Source of the DNA: Candidatus Marinacidobacterales bacterium
Lineage (GTDB): Bacteria; Acidobacteriota; Vicinamibacteria; Marinacidobacterales; DATDRI01
Length of the DNA stretch: 64,000 bases
Assembly (NCBI GenBank): GCA_965219415.1
Contig: OZ244742.1
Coordinates: 608,001-672,000, forward strand
Direction of reading: 5' to 3'
Shown here one piece after another: positions 30,518-43,182 of the stretch (position 1 is its first letter; every line of letters begins with the position of its first letter). The position numbers and the translations under genes were made by a program. The notes under the pieces are model-generated. The model did not search any database. It was not told the DNA's origin and saw only the letters and a list, made by a program, of their open reading frames with translations.

Positions 30518-32837
30518 TCAACGCCGCCCATACCTTGGCTGGAGTGATGGGAATATCGATGTTCCTGATTCCGAGATGCCACAGAGCATCGATCACCGCG
30601 TTGGCGATGGCCGGAGGGGCTCCAACGGTCGCCGACTCTCCGACTCCTTTGGCGCCGATCGGATGGTGCGGCGAAGGAGTAACCGTCTCGCCGGTCTCCC
30701 ACTTCGGGGTCTCGACTGCGGTGGGAATTAGATAGTCCATGAACGTACCGCCGTGCACGTTGCCGTCTTCATCGTAGGAGATTTCTTCCAGCAGTGCGGG
30801 CGCCAGCCCCATCGTGAGACCCCCATGGATCTGTCCTTCGACGATCATCGGGTTGATGCGAACGCCGCAGTCGTCCACCGCTACGAAGCGCCGCACCTTC
30901 ACCTCTCCAGTACCCCGATCGATGTCCACCACACAGACGTAGGACCCGAAAGGATAGGTCAGGTTGGGAGGATCGTAGTAAGAGACGGCTTCCAATCCTC
31001 CCTCTACTCCCTGGGGGAAGTTGGTGTATGCGGCGAACGTGATCTCTTGGATCGTCTTTGCGCGATCCGGCGAGCCCTTCACGTAGAACTTGCCCTTCTC
31101 CCAGACCAGGTCGTCTTCCGAGGCTTCGAGCAAGTGAGCCGCGATTTTCTTCGCTTTCTCACGAACCTTCCGTGCCGCCATGGCGCCCGCCGCACCGGCG
31201 GTAGGCGTACTGCGACTTGCGTAGGTGCCCAAGCCGTAAGGAGCCGTATCGGTATCTCCCTCTTCGACCTGGATGTCCTCGGGCGGCATTCCGAGCTCCT
31301 CGGCGATGATCTGCGCGTAGGTGGTCTCGTGTCCCTGCCCCTGCGACTTCGTACCGAAGCGCGCGATGGCCTTTCCCGTCGGGTGTAATCGGAGCTCACA
31401 GGAGTCAAACATCTTGAGGCCGAGAATGTCGAACTGCTTGGAAGGTCCGGCACCGACGATCTCCGTGAACGAAGAGATCCCGATGCCCATGAGCTCGCCC
31501 TTCTTCCGTTTCTCCGCCTGCTCCTTGCGCAGCTCCTTATAGCCAATCATGTCCACGGCCTTCTGGAGCGCCTTCCCATAGTCCCCGCTGTCGTACTCCC
31601 ACCCGAGCGCGGACTTGTAGGGGAACTGCTCCTTCTTGATGAAGTTCTTCATGCGGAATTCGACCGGATCTATCTTTAACTCATGGGCCATGATGTCGGC
31701 CATACGCTCGATGGCGTGGACCGCCTCCGTTACTCGGAAGGAGCACCGATAGGCGATGCCTCCGGGTGGCTTGTTGGTGTAGACACCGTCGACCTCCACG
31801 AAAGCGTTCTTGAAGTCGTAAGAGCCCGTGCAGATGTGAAAGAGGCCGGCGGGAAACTTCGACGGCTGCGCGGCGGCATCGCTATAGCCATGATCGGCGA
31901 TCGTTTTCATACGAACGGAAGTCAATGTACCATCCTTTTTCGCCGCCACCGACGCCTTGATGTGATAGTCGCGCCCGAAAGAGTCGGCCTGCAGATTCTC
32001 TGAGCGATCCTCGATCCACTTGATCGGTTTTCCGGTTACGACCGAGGCCGCCACCGCGACGATATAGCCAGGATAGGCCGGAACCTTGCCGCCGAAGCCT
32101 CCCCCGATGTCCGGAGAGATCACGCGGATCTTGTGCTCGACCAACCCCAGATGCCCCGCAATGAGTGCCACCACTGTGCGAATAGCGTGTGGCGCTTGGC
32201 TGGTCATATATAGGGTCAACCTTCCTTCCACGTTGTCCCAGCTCGCTACACAGCCGCAGGTCTCGATGGAAGCTGGGTGGATCCTGGGTATATAGAAGTC
32301 TTCCTCCACGGTGATGTCGGCACCCTTCAAGTCCTTTTCCGTAGCCTCTTTGTCGCCGGTCTCCCAATGCCAGATGTGGTTGCTCTCTTTCTCCTCGCGG
32401 ACTTTGGTGGCCCCGGGTTCCAACGCCTTGAATGGATCCACCACCACCGGAAGCGGCTCGTAGTCCACCTCCACGGCCGCGACGCCGTCGGCAGCCGCAT
32501 AGCGACTCGTGGCCACCACCGCTGCTACCTCTTGCGCTTGGTACTTGACGGTATCGAGGGGCAGGACCATTTGCTGATCGTTCGACAGCGTCGGCATCCA
32601 CGCAAGCCCATAGCCATCCAGCGTCTTTCCGGTGATAACCACAGCGACGCCAGGAGTCTTGAGTGCCTTCTCGTCATTGATGCTCTTGATCTTCGCGTGA
32701 GCGTAGGGACTGCGCACGATGTCGAGATATAACATCCGCGGCAGCTTGATATCGTCAATGTAGCGCCCCTTCCCGCGGATGAAACGGGGGTCTTCCTTTC
32801 GCTTGACCGAATGGCCGAGACCTCTCACTTCGCTCAT
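30489..32837 (-). CDS. coxL: aerobic CO dehydrogenase large subunit, form I
   Basis: Diagnostic [13 protein letters not shown] motif; HPASIETCG; [14 protein letters not shown]; M-S-L gene order. Confidence 0.95.
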   Translation of the reverse strand: MSEVRGLGHSVKRKEDPRFIRGKGRYIDDIKLPRMLYLDIVRSPYAHAKIKSINDEKALKTPGVAVVITGKTLDGYGLAWMPTLSNDQQMVLPLDTVKYQAQEVAAVVATSRYAAADGVAAVEVDYEPLPVVVDPFKALEPGATKVREEKESNHIWHWETGDKEATEKDLKGADITVEEDFYIPRIHPASIETCGCVASWDNVEGRLTLYMTSQAPHAIRTVVALIAGHLGLVEHKIRVISPDIGGGFGGKVPAYPGYIVAVAASVVTGKPIKWIEDRSENLQADSFGRDYHIKASVAAKKDGTLTSVRMKTIADHGYSDAAAQPSKFPAGLFHICTGSYDFKNAFVEVDGVYTNKPPGGIAYRCSFRVTEAVHAIERMADIMAHELKIDPVEFRMKNFIKKEQFPYKSALGWEYDSGDYGKALQKAVDMIGYKELRKEQAEKRKKGELMGIGISSFTEIVGAGPSKQFDILGLKMFDSCELRLHPTGKAIARFGTKSQGQGHETTYAQIIAEELGMPPEDIQVEEGDTDTAPYGLGTYASRSTPTAGAAGAMAARKVREKAKKIAAHLLEASEDDLVWEKGKFYVKGSPDRAKTIQEITFAAYTNFPQGVEGGLEAVSYYDPPNLTYPFGSYVCVVDIDRGTGEVKVRRFVAVDDCGVRINPMIVEGQIHGGLTMGLAPALLEEISYDEDGNVHGGTFMDYLIPTAVETPKWETGETVTPSPHHPIGAKGVGESATVGAPPAIANAVIDALWHLGIRNIDIPITPAKVWAALNEKGVALEE

Positions 32838-33304
32838 GATTTCTTCTCCGCGGCGTACTGCACCGCCTTAACAATATTCATATAGCCTGTACAGCGGCAG
32901 AGGTTGCCCGAGATGCCCCACCGGATCTCGTCCTCGGTCGGATTCGGGTTCTTCTCCAGCAGAGCACTCGTGCACATCATCATTCCTGGCGTGCAAAAAC
33001 CGCATTGCAGACCGTGCTCTTCCATGAATCCCTCTTGAATGGGATGGAGGTCACCGTTAGTGGCAAGCCCTTCGACCGTCTTGATCTCGCGGCCATCGGC
33101 CTGGACGGCGAGAACCGTGCAGCTCTTCACGGGTATCCCATCCAACAAAATGGTGCAGGCACCGCACGACGTGGTGTCACAACCGATGTGCGTGCCGGTG
33201 AGCTCGATGACTTCCCGGATCAAGTGAACAAGAAGCAGGCGCGGCTCGACATCGGCTTCGTGAGCCTCGCCGTTCACCGTCACTTTGATGTGATGGGTAC
33301 TCAT
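32834..33304 (-). CDS. coxS: CO dehydrogenase small (2Fe-2S) subunit
   Basis: [27 protein letters not shown]. Confidence 0.93.
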   Translation of the reverse strand: MSTHHIKVTVNGEAHEADVEPRLLLVHLIREVIELTGTHIGCDTTSCGACTILLDGIPVKSCTVLAVQADGREIKTVEGLATNGDLHPIQEGFMEEHGLQCGFCTPGMMMCTSALLEKNPNPTEDEIRWGISGNLCRCTGYMNIVKAVQYAAEKKS

Positions 33305-34173
33305 GCCGCACCTCCCCGGGCCCGCTCCACCGCCTTGCGAAGCGTTCGCACTGTAAACGTCTTTACCAATGAGCGTTTATATTCTTCCGAACCTCGGTGA
33401 TCGGCAATGGGCTCCGCGGCCTCCGATGCCAGTTGGGCCGCCTTTTTTATGTTGGCTTCGCTCGGCTCTTGGCCGGTAAGGGCTTCCTCCGCGGCCGTCG
33501 CTTTGATGGGCGTCAAGCCGACGTTGGTAAGCCCGATGCCGACCGAAGCGCACTTGCCATTGTCGAGCGTTATCTGTGCGGCGACCGCCGCCGTCGCATA
33601 GTCTCCGACCTTCCGCTCCAGTTTCATGTAAGCGCCGCCACTCCCCTTCTTGGGTGAGGGAATACGGATCTCGCTCAAGATCTCGTCGTGCGCCAGCGCA
33701 GTTTGGAACGCGTCTTCGAAGAATTCTGTGATCGCGATCTCGCGCTCGCCCTTTGGACCGGTCGCGACGATCCGGGCGCCGTAAGCCAGCATCGTGGCCG
33801 GGTGATCGTTCGCCGGATCGGCATGGGCGAGGTTGCCCGCCACCGTCGCCATGTTACGAACGAGAGGGTCGGCGACGACCCGTGCCGTATCCGCAAGAAG
33901 AGGATATTTCTTCTGTACAACGTCGGAGACCTCCAGATCGGATTCTCGGGTGAGTGCGCCGATCTTCAACCAATCTCCGTCCTCACGGATGTAGCTCAAC
34001 CCATCCACCCGGTTGATGTCCACGAGCAATGCCGGGGTGGCGAGCCGAAACTTCACCATCGGGAGCAGACTATGTCCGCCTGACAGGATTTTGGCCTCAC
34101 GGTTTTTTCCCAAAAGCGCCACCGCTTCGGAAAGCGTTTTCGGTGCCGCGTAGTCAAAGGGAGGGGGGATCAT
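33301..34173 (-). CDS. coxM: CO dehydrogenase medium (FAD) subunit
   Basis: [45 protein letters not shown]. Confidence 0.93.
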   Translation of the reverse strand: MIPPPFDYAAPKTLSEAVALLGKNREAKILSGGHSLLPMVKFRLATPALLVDINRVDGLSYIREDGDWLKIGALTRESDLEVSDVVQKKYPLLADTARVVADPLVRNMATVAGNLAHADPANDHPATMLAYGARIVATGPKGEREIAITEFFEDAFQTALAHDEILSEIRIPSPKKGSGGAYMKLERKVGDYATAAVAAQITLDNGKCASVGIGLTNVGLTPIKATAAEEALTGQEPSEANIKKAAQLASEAAEPIADHRGSEEYKRSLVKTFTVRTLRKAVERARGGAA

Positions 34174-34537
34174 GGAAGGCCTCCTTCAATTAATTGGAGC
34201 GGTATCTCCGGACGTTGGTGTGTGCAAATTGCCGGTGGGGCGCCGTGATGGACGAAACACCGAGTTGCAACGAGTCGACGTGGCCAGGCGTCGGGGAAAC
34301 CGGTGGCGATGAGAGTACGAGTTCGAATCATGTCTAGCCGGCTCCAAGCCGCGGGTTTGAAACGGCTTGATTCATTTCCTGCACCGGCTGACCGGTATGC
34401 GCTCGATTGGTCCGCCGGAGTGGACGCCAACACACCAGGTTGCACAAAGTGGCCCGGCCACGCGCCTGGTACGAGCGCGAACTTACCCCTGGGGGTTCCA
34501 CAAAGTCAAGTAGATTGCTGTCAATATGCCCCCTAAA

Positions 34538-34856
34538 GCATCCGACCATTACCTATCGGGGAAAGTTCATAGATCGCATCGGCCAGAACGAGTTCAAGGT
34601 CAAGGGCGCCTTGGTGATTAAAGGCATCACGCGCGAGGTGGAGATGAACGTGAGACACCTTGGACAATGGCCGACGCCGTGGTGGGAGGGCGGTAAAGAC
34701 CTAGGGCCCAAGATACGGGCCGGGTTCGTCGCGGATACCGTTATCAACCGACACAACTTCGGGATCAGTTGGAACGGGGATCTCGAAAATGGTGGGGTGG
34801 TCGTCGGTAGCGACGTCCTGATCCGAGTCGATGCGGAAGCTATTCGCGACGACTGA
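34538..34856 (+). pseudogene. YceI family protein, C-terminal fragment
   Basis: HPTITY..L.IKGITREV..RAGF..INRHNFGISWN..GGVVVG; N-terminal half not recognisable. Confidence 0.65.
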
Positions 34857-35475
34857 TCAATCGTCATCACCATTCTTCGGCCACATCGCGTGTACCCGCT
34901 GGTAGTCTTCGGGGGTATCGATGTCCGGAGGAAGCTCGATGTCCATCTCTACCCGCCGCACCCGTTCCGGAGATTCTTCGATGAGCTTCCAGATCGCTTT
35001 GTCCCCATGAAGCCCTCGGAGATCCTCGAACGCCGGACGCGCGAAGACAAAGGGATGGCCCAATTTTTCGCGGTAAGACGTGACCGACGCCCAGGGCCGG
35101 TACGCACGCCAGTCCTTCGCGACCTGGTCGATGATCGCGGTCCCGACGCCGGGCTGATCGCCCAGAACAAGCATGACCGCAGCACACTCACCTAGGGCGT
35201 CCAAACCAGCGAGAAGAGACGAAGCACAGCCTGAACGATAGGCTCGATTGTCCACCACCGCGGCGCGCCCGAAATCCACCGCATCCTTCAATTCATCCGC
35301 GGGAACGATCCAGAACAACAACGACTCGGTCTACGCCGGAGGCGTTCACGTTTTGCACAACGTGGCCGAGAAGCGTGGTATCTCCAAAAGGAAGTAGTTG
35401 CTTAGGCGACCCGAAGCGCGTCGACTCTCCTGCCGCCATGACCAGCCCAACGATTTCGCGCGATGACTCGGACAC
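34857..35475 (-). pseudogene. mocA: MocA-like molybdenum cofactor cytidylyltransferase, one frameshift near 35315
   Basis: MAAGESTRFGSPKQLL, LGDQP, GHPFVF, GDK, DIDTPEDY across two frames. Confidence 0.75.
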
Positions 35476-35595
35476 GTCCCTGTATAACCGATCAACGGAC
35501 GAGATCTCTACTCGCCCACCGGATGCGCTTGACTCGGGTGGGCGGATCTATAAGGTTGACCCATTCCAGGGAACTCATGAAGAAGGGAGATCACC

Positions 35596-36639
35596 GTGAG
35601 CAAAGCGAGTCGATCGAAATGGACACGGCGGGGCGTTTTGGGAACACTCGTAGGCACCGCCGCCTCGGTAACCGCGGCACCGCGATTCCGTTCCGGGCCC
35701 GCACGAGCCCCCGACAGTGCGATCCGCGACCAAGGCATGCAGGTCGTGATCACCGGCTCGGGCTCGGCACTCATCGACCCGAAGCGGGGCGGTGCTAGCC
35801 AAGCGGTTCTCGTCGACGGCACCATCCTGCTGTTCGACTGCGGCCGAAGAGCCATGGACAATCTGGCGGCGGCCGGCATCAATCCGGTCGATGTGGATTA
35901 CGTTTTCTTCACGCACCTTCATTTCGACCACATCGCCACCTACGGCTACTTCGTCGTTTCGTCTTGGATTGCGGGCCGGCGAGGCGCGTTCAAGGTTTTC
36001 GGACCTCCGGGCACCAAGGCGATGTCCGACGGAGCCCTCTACGGCATGCATCAGATGGACGTGGAGTTCGTGAAAAAGAGAGTGCGCGATCCGGTTCCGA
36101 TGCAGGCCGAACCAGAGCCTCCGGTCGAGGTGAGCCACGTATCCGCTGGTGCAGTCGTCGAAACGGACAAGTTCAAAGTGACGGCTGCCTTGACTCCGCA
36201 CTTAACCTCGATGGGCAAGGAAAGCTACGCTTATCGCATCGACTCGAGCTACGGATCGGTAGTCATCAGCGGGGACACCGGACCCGCCGACAGCGTCATC
36301 GAGCTCGCGAAAGGTGCCGATATGCTGATCCACGAATGCACGTTCGCGCCCGATGGGATGACGGTGGGCGGAAGTTTCAACTCCCGCAAGAAGCCGAGCA
36401 CCGGCCATACCGCACCGAGTGAGCTCGGCGAGCTCGCTCAAGAAGCGGGCGTCAAGAAAGTGGTCGCCACACACGTGGGACCTTTCACCAGTGGAGAGGC
36501 GGCCATCGAGATGTCCAGACAGTATTTCGGTGAGCCGGTGGGACCGGAGATTTGGATGGAGCTGACCCATCAGATCCGCGCGAACTTCGATGGACCAGTC
36601 ATTCTCGCCGAAGACGGGATGGTCCTCGATATCGGCTGA
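35596..36639 (+). CDS. Tat-exported MBL-fold hydrolase (RNase Z/AtsA-like)
   Basis: TRRGVL Tat motif; THLHFDH, ISGDT, LIHE, GHT. Confidence 0.85.
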   Translation: MSKASRSKWTRRGVLGTLVGTAASVTAAPRFRSGPARAPDSAIRDQGMQVVITGSGSALIDPKRGGASQAVLVDGTILLFDCGRRAMDNLAAAGINPVDVDYVFFTHLHFDHIATYGYFVVSSWIAGRRGAFKVFGPPGTKAMSDGALYGMHQMDVEFVKKRVRDPVPMQAEPEPPVEVSHVSAGAVVETDKFKVTAALTPHLTSMGKESYAYRIDSSYGSVVISGDTGPADSVIELAKGADMLIHECTFAPDGMTVGGSFNSRKKPSTGHTAPSELGELAQEAGVKKVVATHVGPFTSGEAAIEMSRQYFGEPVGPEIWMELTHQIRANFDGPVILAEDGMVLDIG

Positions 36640-36640
36640 A

Positions 36641-38322
36641 ATGATGGGCATCGGATTGAAGAGGGTCTTGCTAATCGGGTATTGGACCGGCTTCGTGATC
36701 TCCTGCGAGACCGCAACGACCGACGCCCCCGATCTCGTGCTACACAACGGGAAGATCGTGACCCTCGACCGGGCGTTCCAGATCGCTGAGGCGCTCGCCA
36801 TTAAGGACGATAAGATCGTCGCGGTGGGCGGGAACGATAGCATCACCGCCCTCGCTGGTTCGGAGACGAGGCTCATCGACTTGGAGGACAGGACCGTCGC
36901 TCCCGGCTTCGCCGACAATCACTACCACAACATCGGGGGCGGTCCCGGCGTGGATCTCTCTTCCACGCGCAGTCTCGGTGATGTCTTGGAGGCCATCGCC
37001 GAGCGCGCCAGGGAAACGCCGGAAGGTGAAGTCATCTCCACCGACGGCGATTGGCACGAAGGGCAGCTTCGAAAGCAGCGGCTTCCCTACCGGGACGAGC
37101 TGGACGAAGCCGCACCCCACCATCCAGCGGTGGTCGTGCGAGGCGGGCACGAGTACATTCTCAATAGCGCGGCGCTAGCCAAGTGGGCCATCGACGAGAC
37201 GACGAAAGTCCCCGATGGCGGAAGCATCGGCCGGTACGATGACGGTCGCTTGAACGGAGAGCTGGTCGACCGGGCGAAGCGTTTCGTCAAGCTTCTCCCT
37301 CAGGCGTCGGTCGGCGTCAGCTACCGACTAGATGGCCTCGTTTCCGAGCATCGACGTTTGAACGAGGTCGGTCTCACCAGCATTCGCTATGCCAGCGGGA
37401 ACAAGGAGCTTTACGACGCGCTCGCGGAACTCAAGCGCCGTGGAGATTTGACGCTACGGGTGAACGTCCTATTTCGGCTCCAGGCCCTCGATCGATCCGG
37501 CTCGTTTGGACGACGTCATAGCTGCTTGGGGCGTCGGTCCCGACGAAGGTGACGAATGGCTGAAGGTCGGCGGAATCAAGCTCGGAGTTAGACGGTGGCT
37601 TCGAAGGTGGATGGATACGCGATCCGTACGAGGAGCCCTGGGGAGAAAACGGGACTTATGACGGCCTTCAAACGTTTCCCAACGAGAGCTATATCGACTT
37701 GGTGCGCGCCCTCAATCAGCGTGGCTGGCGGGTGGCCACGCACGCGGTAGGTGATGCCGCCATCGACTTGGTGCTAGACGCCTACCAGAAAGCCAACGAG
37801 GATCGGAGCATCGGCGAGCGACGCTGGGTCATCGAGCACGGCTTCATCGTGCAGCAAGACCAGTTCCCGCGCATCAAGGAGCTCGGTTTCGTCGTCTCGG
37901 GCCAGCATCATCTTTACGTCGCCGGCCCCAGCTTGGTGAAATACTGGGGAGCCGAGCGAGCCCGGAGCGTGACACCCTTGCGCGCCTACCTGGATGCGGA
38001 AATTCCCGTTTCTCTCGGATCCGACTCGCCGGTGGTCCCTTATCCCCCGCTTGGGGTCCTCTATCACTTCATCACTCGAGATACGATCAGCGCCGGCGTG
38101 ATGGGCGAAGACCAAAGGCTCACTCGAGAAGAGGCGCTCCGAGCGATGAGCCTCGGCTATGCCCACTTGACGTTCGGAGACGAGCACCAAGGCTCCATCG
38201 AGCCGGGAAAGCTCGCCGATCTCGTCGTCCTGTCAGAGGACATCCTCGACTGCTCACCGGAGCGAATACGCGATATGGAAGTAGCGATGACCATCCTGGG
38301 AGGAAAAATCGTCTATCAGTAG
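36641..38322 (+). pseudogene. amidohydrolase 3 (YtcJ-like), frameshifts near 37490-37590
   Basis: PGFADNHYH, HAVGDAAID, IEHG, GSDSP, GSIEPGKLADLVVL. Confidence 0.8.
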
Positions 38323-38339
38323 TAACCACATCAATTGAC

Positions 38340-39313
38340 CCTTGTGCGGGCGCGAGCTAGAAAACGGCTCGGGGTGCGGCGCCGTCCTTCGTTGCGAGTT
38401 GCACGGCAGCACGAAGGGGCGGCGTTTCTTGAACTCTGTCCGGAAAGAGTGGAAACGACGGCTTCGGTTCACGAGCCCGGTCGGCGGAACGTCTGTACCG
38501 CTCCATCTTGTCTTTGCCGTAGTCCATCTCCGCCATGTAGTGTCGGCATCTTCGAGGCTCTTTCTCGGATTTTCGACTTTGCCGAGGCGCCTGGCCTCGA
38601 GCCGTTCGAGTTTCTCCGTTACGGACGCTTCGAGGATGGAAGCGAGGTCGGCACCCGGCATGAGCGCCGCGAGCCGTTGGAGCTTGTCGTGAAGCTCGGC
38701 GCTCGCGGTGAACTGCACTTTGTAGCGCGAAGGCGCCAGCGGCTCCACGACCGGCGGCTTGTCGGCGACTTCGGGAGCCGGGGCGAGGGCGGGATTACTC
38801 TTTCCGGACAGAGTACTTTCGGCGCCTGACGTACGGTGTTCGCTTGCCGGATTCTGTCTCTGCTTCGGAAGCTTCCGGATGGAGGGCGAGACATCCGGTT
38901 TCGGCGCAATCTCCGCCACCAGCACCAGGAGCTCACGCTTGGTCTTGTGGGTTGCTCGAGCCAGAAGCTCCTCGCAATTGGTGTCGGTAAGATGCGGCGC
39001 CAGCACCGCGATGCCGCTCAAGTGAAGACGCCCATCGTCGAGCATCGTCAGCAGCGCTGGATGTTGGCGCGACCCACGTGCGGCGGCTATGCGTAGGCAG
39101 GCTTCTGCCTCGGACAAGTGCAACACGTCGACGCAATATTTAAACATCGATGACGAAGCTTCACGGGCATACAGTCGGCGTGCATCGACTTCAGCTATGC
39201 GCAACGAGAACCGACTCGACACGCCGCGACTGTTTCAAAACGTTCGACAGTCGGCCAAGAAGCTGGTCATCCGATAGTCGGGAAAGCGATTTCAATTCGT
39301 CTTTTTTGTTCAT
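38340..39313 (-). pseudogene. DUF222-like/HNH selfish-element remnant, HNH core missing
   Basis: LSDDQLL, IAEVDARRLYAREASSSMF.YC, VEPLAPSRYKVQFTAS; frameshifts near 39205 and 38540. Confidence 0.7.
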
Positions 39314-39506
39314 GCGCCTGTTATAGCATGGACTTTTTTGACGCTCTGTGCTCGCGCGTGCTCAACGCAAACGCGTTGAGACACTCTCGAAGTCTATCTA
39401 AGCAAACGAGCGTGACGGTCGTTTCTTTATCGCGCGTACAGGCCTACTCCAGATCGTATCTGCGGTATTTTTCATATCGCGGCGAATAAGCTGTCAAGAA
39501 AAAACT

Positions 39507-40890
39507 GGGTCTACGCGGATTCGTGTGGGTTGAAAACTGCATTTCTGGGTAATGGCGGAAGGAAAGCCGCCACGATCTTCAGCTTGAGATATTCCTCGTC
39601 GCGATAGCCGTAGGCGCGTCGTTGCAGAACACGGATTTTGTTGTTGACCCCTTCAACTAGGCCGAGACTGACTTTGTTCTCCGGATGACAGTAGGAGGCG
39701 ATACCATCCCAATGGGACTCAATCATACCGGCGAACTTCTGGTACGGATGCAGGCGTTGCCATTTGAGGCTGTCTTTCCAACGAGTGAAAAAGGCGCGAG
39801 CGCCGCGTTCGGTGCGGTAATCCCAGAGTTGCCCGAAGGCCTCCTTCAAAATATAGGCGGTGTTCAGGCGCCGGTTGGCCTGGAGCAACTTTTTGAGTGC
39901 GCGGCGACCGTCTAGGCTCAGGTTCTCCCGCCGGGAAAGCAAAGTGTAACGCTGCCCCTTGATGTACGACCGGTCCTTGCCGCTGAGGCGTTTGTACTCA
40001 CCGCGCCGGACCTCATCGAGGGCCTTTGACAGATGACGCATGATATGAAACTTGTCGAAGATGATCCGCGCATTAGGCGCGTTGTGAATCACCGAGTTCC
40101 GGAAGGGCTTCCACATATCCATGGCGGCCAGCTTGATACGGGCGCTTTTCTTTCCGCCCAGCGCCTTGAAGAACAAATCGATGTCGGTTTCTTTACGACC
40201 CTCACCGCCCACCCAGATGGGACGCGCCCGCTCCAGGTCGCTGACAATGACGCGATAGTTATGTCCCTTGCGGATGGAGATCTCATCGACACCGATGGCC
40301 CGAGGCGCCGGTAGCCCCGCCCGGTCGACCTGCTCTTGCATGTAGAGCGTATCCAGAGCCTTCACCGTACCGTGGTGCAGACGTTCCATCTCGGCCACCG
40401 CCTTGTTCGGCATATCCCGGCGCAGCTTGCCCACATGCGTCGCAAAACGCTGGGTGTAGCGCGAGTTGTTCGCCAGCCAGTCTAGGTGTTCTACATGCAC
40501 ACCGCCGCACCCAGAACAGTTGACGCGCCAACGCTCGTATTCCAGATAGATCCGCCAGCCTGCCAACGACAGGTCGCGGACCCGGCACACTTGCTTGTCA
40601 TAGCGCCCCCGGCACCGTTGCCCACAGTAAGAGCACACAGCTGTTTTTTTCGCCTCTTGAGCTGGATGACACGGGCGTATCGGTCACCGAATAGACCCTT
40701 CAATCCGGCACCAACCACGAAACCTGGCAGCGCAAACAGCGAGCGGATCGACTGGGAATTTTTCACTCGGTTAGCCTATCCTAAAAATGGACCACTTTTC
40801 AGCACCTGATGAAGTACTCGATACCTTTTCCACACAATGAGTTACACTGTTTTTCCGTCAGAACTTACCCACACGAATCCGCGTAAACCC
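39507..40890 (-). mobile_element. ISL3 family insertion sequence, copy 2 (1384 bp)
   Basis: Same IRs as copy 1; perfect 8-bp target duplication AAAAAACT (39499-39506 and 40891-40898); three substitutions noticed versus copy 1. Confidence 0.96.
39511..40766 (-). CDS. ISL3 transposase (A7 frameshift as in copy 1)
   Basis: Protein identical to copy 1 except one C>R change (GKLRRD). Confidence 0.88.
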
Positions 40891-41082
40891 AAAAAACTGA
40901 ATTATTTTTCTCGGCGATCTTTATTCTTGCAGAGCCGCGCACTGCGCCCGGGCGGATCGGATGCCGAATTTGGCCATGAGACGCCGAATCTGATGGATGG
41001 AGTGCTCTTTTGGGCCATGGACGGATCGCGGTGACGACAGACCAACGTCACTGCAATCCGCGTAGCCTCCGGGCGGCTCGAC

Positions 41083-42159
41083 CTACTCGAAGAGCGTCAT
41101 TTGATCCCCTGGGCGGGCCGGCACGCGGAATCGGGCGACTTCGAGGGGTGCTGGCTTGTTGTCCAGACCGAACCGGCGTCGCGCAACTTCGAACCTACGC
41201 TCGAGCAACTCGGCGTACTGCCCGGTGCCTCGCATGCGCGTGCCGAACTGGGGATCGTAGAGCTTGCCTTCTCGAGCTCCGCGGATGAGATTCAGTACGT
41301 GAGACGCCTTCGTCGGATAGTGGGTCTCGAGCCATTCCGTGAAGAGCTCCTTCACTTCTAACGGGAGCCGGATCAATATGTAACCCGCCGAGCTGGCTCC
41401 GGCACCGGCCGCGGATTTCAGGATGCTTTCCATCTCCGAGTCGTTGAGGCCGGGGATCATCGGCGAGGCGAGGACACCTACCGGCACGCCGGCCTCCGCG
41501 AGGCCACGCATCGCTTCGAGCCGACGCTCTGGTGTTGGAGCGCGTGGCTCCATACGCCGAGCAAGCTCCCGATCATGTGTGGTGATCGAGACCATGACGT
41601 TGACCAGGTTATCTGCCGCGAGCGCACGCAACAGATCCAGATCTCGGAGCACGAGGTTGGATTTGGTGACAATAACCACGGGATGATGGAATTCGTTCAT
41701 GACTTCGAGAATCGAGCGAGTTATTCTCAACTCTCTCTCCACCGGCTGATACGGATCGGTGTTGGCACCCAAGGCGATCACCTGAGGCCGATATCCCCGC
41801 TTGGCGAGCTGCTCCCGCAATCTTGCCGCCGCTTCAGGCTTCGAGAAGATTCGGCTTTCGAAGTCCAGCCCCGGCGACAAGCCGAGGTAAGCGTGCGTCG
41901 GACGCGCGAAACAATAAATGCAGCCGTGCTCACAACCCTTGTACGGATTGATGGAGAGGTCGAACGGTACGTCGGGCGAGTCGTTTCGGGTGATGACAGT
42001 TCGGCTTTTCTCGGGAGTCACCGTCGTTGCGATCGGCGTCGGTTCCCAATCGAGCCCTTGCCAGCCGTCATCGAACGCCTCGGATCGATATGGCTCGAAC
42101 CGGCCTTCTTGATTGCTGACGGCGCCCCGCCCACGCGGAGGCGGCTTGGTTTTGCTCAC
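41083..42159 (-). CDS. PA0069 family (SplB-like) radical SAM protein
   Basis: RGRGAVSN, NDSPDVPFDLSINPYKGCEHGCIYCFARPTH, TDPYQPVE, MEPRA. Confidence 0.92.
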   Translation of the reverse strand: MSKTKPPPRGRGAVSNQEGRFEPYRSEAFDDGWQGLDWEPTPIATTVTPEKSRTVITRNDSPDVPFDLSINPYKGCEHGCIYCFARPTHAYLGLSPGLDFESRIFSKPEAAARLREQLAKRGYRPQVIALGANTDPYQPVERELRITRSILEVMNEFHHPVVIVTKSNLVLRDLDLLRALAADNLVNVMVSITTHDRELARRMEPRAPTPERRLEAMRGLAEAGVPVGVLASPMIPGLNDSEMESILKSAAGAGASSAGYILIRLPLEVKELFTEWLETHYPTKASHVLNLIRGAREGKLYDPQFGTRMRGTGQYAELLERRFEVARRRFGLDNKPAPLEVARFRVPARPGDQMTLFE

Positions 42160-42196
42160 CGTCTGCTATTCTACACCGCAGAAGAAAGACATAAGG

Positions 42197-43099
42197 ATGG
42201 CGGATTTCGACGTTCTCGGACTCGGCGTATGCGTGAGGGACGTCACCGTCTTGCTCGACACCTTTCCGACGCCCGATGAGAAGTACCGAGCCAAGGGATT
42301 CTTTGAATCGAGCGGTGGGCCCGTACCGACCGCCTTGGTGGCGCTCGCGCGTCTCGGTCGCCGCGTTTCATTCCGCGGCGTCGTGGGCGACGATGTGGTG
42401 GGCGAGTTCATCATCGACGATCTTCGCCGCGAGGGGGTGGACGTTTCTGGGGTCGTCCGCAAGAAGGACCTTCCGTCTCCGAGCAGCGTGATCCTTGTCG
42501 AGGGCGGGCGGCGAACTATATTCGAAGGTTGGCAAGCGGATCTCTCACTGTCGTCCGCTGACGTGCAGCTAGAATCCTGTCGCGTTCTGCTGGTGGATGC
42601 TCGTTTGCCCGAAATCCAAATCGATTGGGCAACGCGTGCGCGTCGTGCCGGCGCGACTGTCGTCTTGGATTGCGGTCACCCCCGGCCAGGTGTCGAGGAT
42701 ATCTTGGGACTCACCGACGTCGCGATCTTGTCCCACACATACCCGCGCGCAGTTGAGGGCGAAGGCTACGATGCCGCCAAGTTCCTGGCCGACCTCCAGT
42801 CTCGCCTCTCAAAGGATGGTCGACATATTGCTGGGCTCACGCTGGGACCCGAGGGCTGCGTGATTAGGGCTCCGGGCACGTCAATACTTTGGATTCCGGG
42901 CCACAAGGTCGAAGCCATGGACTCGACCGGGGCTGGCGACGTATTCCACGGTGCGTACATCCATTCACTGCTAGCAACGGACGCTCCGGACGTGGCGGCA
43001 CGATTTGCTAATGCGGCCGCCGCCCTCAAATGCCAAGGCATGACCGGACGAGCACCCATCCCTTCCGAAAAAGAGATCCGTGATTTCGCAGGGATTTAG
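42197..43099 (+). CDS. PfkB family carbohydrate kinase
   Basis: GGPVPTA, TLGPEG, DSTGAGDVFHGA, ANAAAALKC. Confidence 0.9.
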   Translation: MADFDVLGLGVCVRDVTVLLDTFPTPDEKYRAKGFFESSGGPVPTALVALARLGRRVSFRGVVGDDVVGEFIIDDLRREGVDVSGVVRKKDLPSPSSVILVEGGRRTIFEGWQADLSLSSADVQLESCRVLLVDARLPEIQIDWATRARRAGATVVLDCGHPRPGVEDILGLTDVAILSHTYPRAVEGEGYDAAKFLADLQSRLSKDGRHIAGLTLGPEGCVIRAPGTSILWIPGHKVEAMDSTGAGDVFHGAYIHSLLATDAPDVAARFANAAAALKCQGMTGRAPIPSEKEIRDFAGI

Positions 43100-43182
43100 A
43101 AGACGTTCCACCCAAGGAAGCGTTCCCTCGTCAACCTTTCCACGCTCGAACTCTGCGCAAGCTAAACTGGAACATCTTGCCC

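Noticed and set aside
22750-40898. Region arrived as a composite ISL3 transposon
   Set aside because: The outer flanks (tttttatt and aaaaaact) do not match, and each copy has its own duplication.
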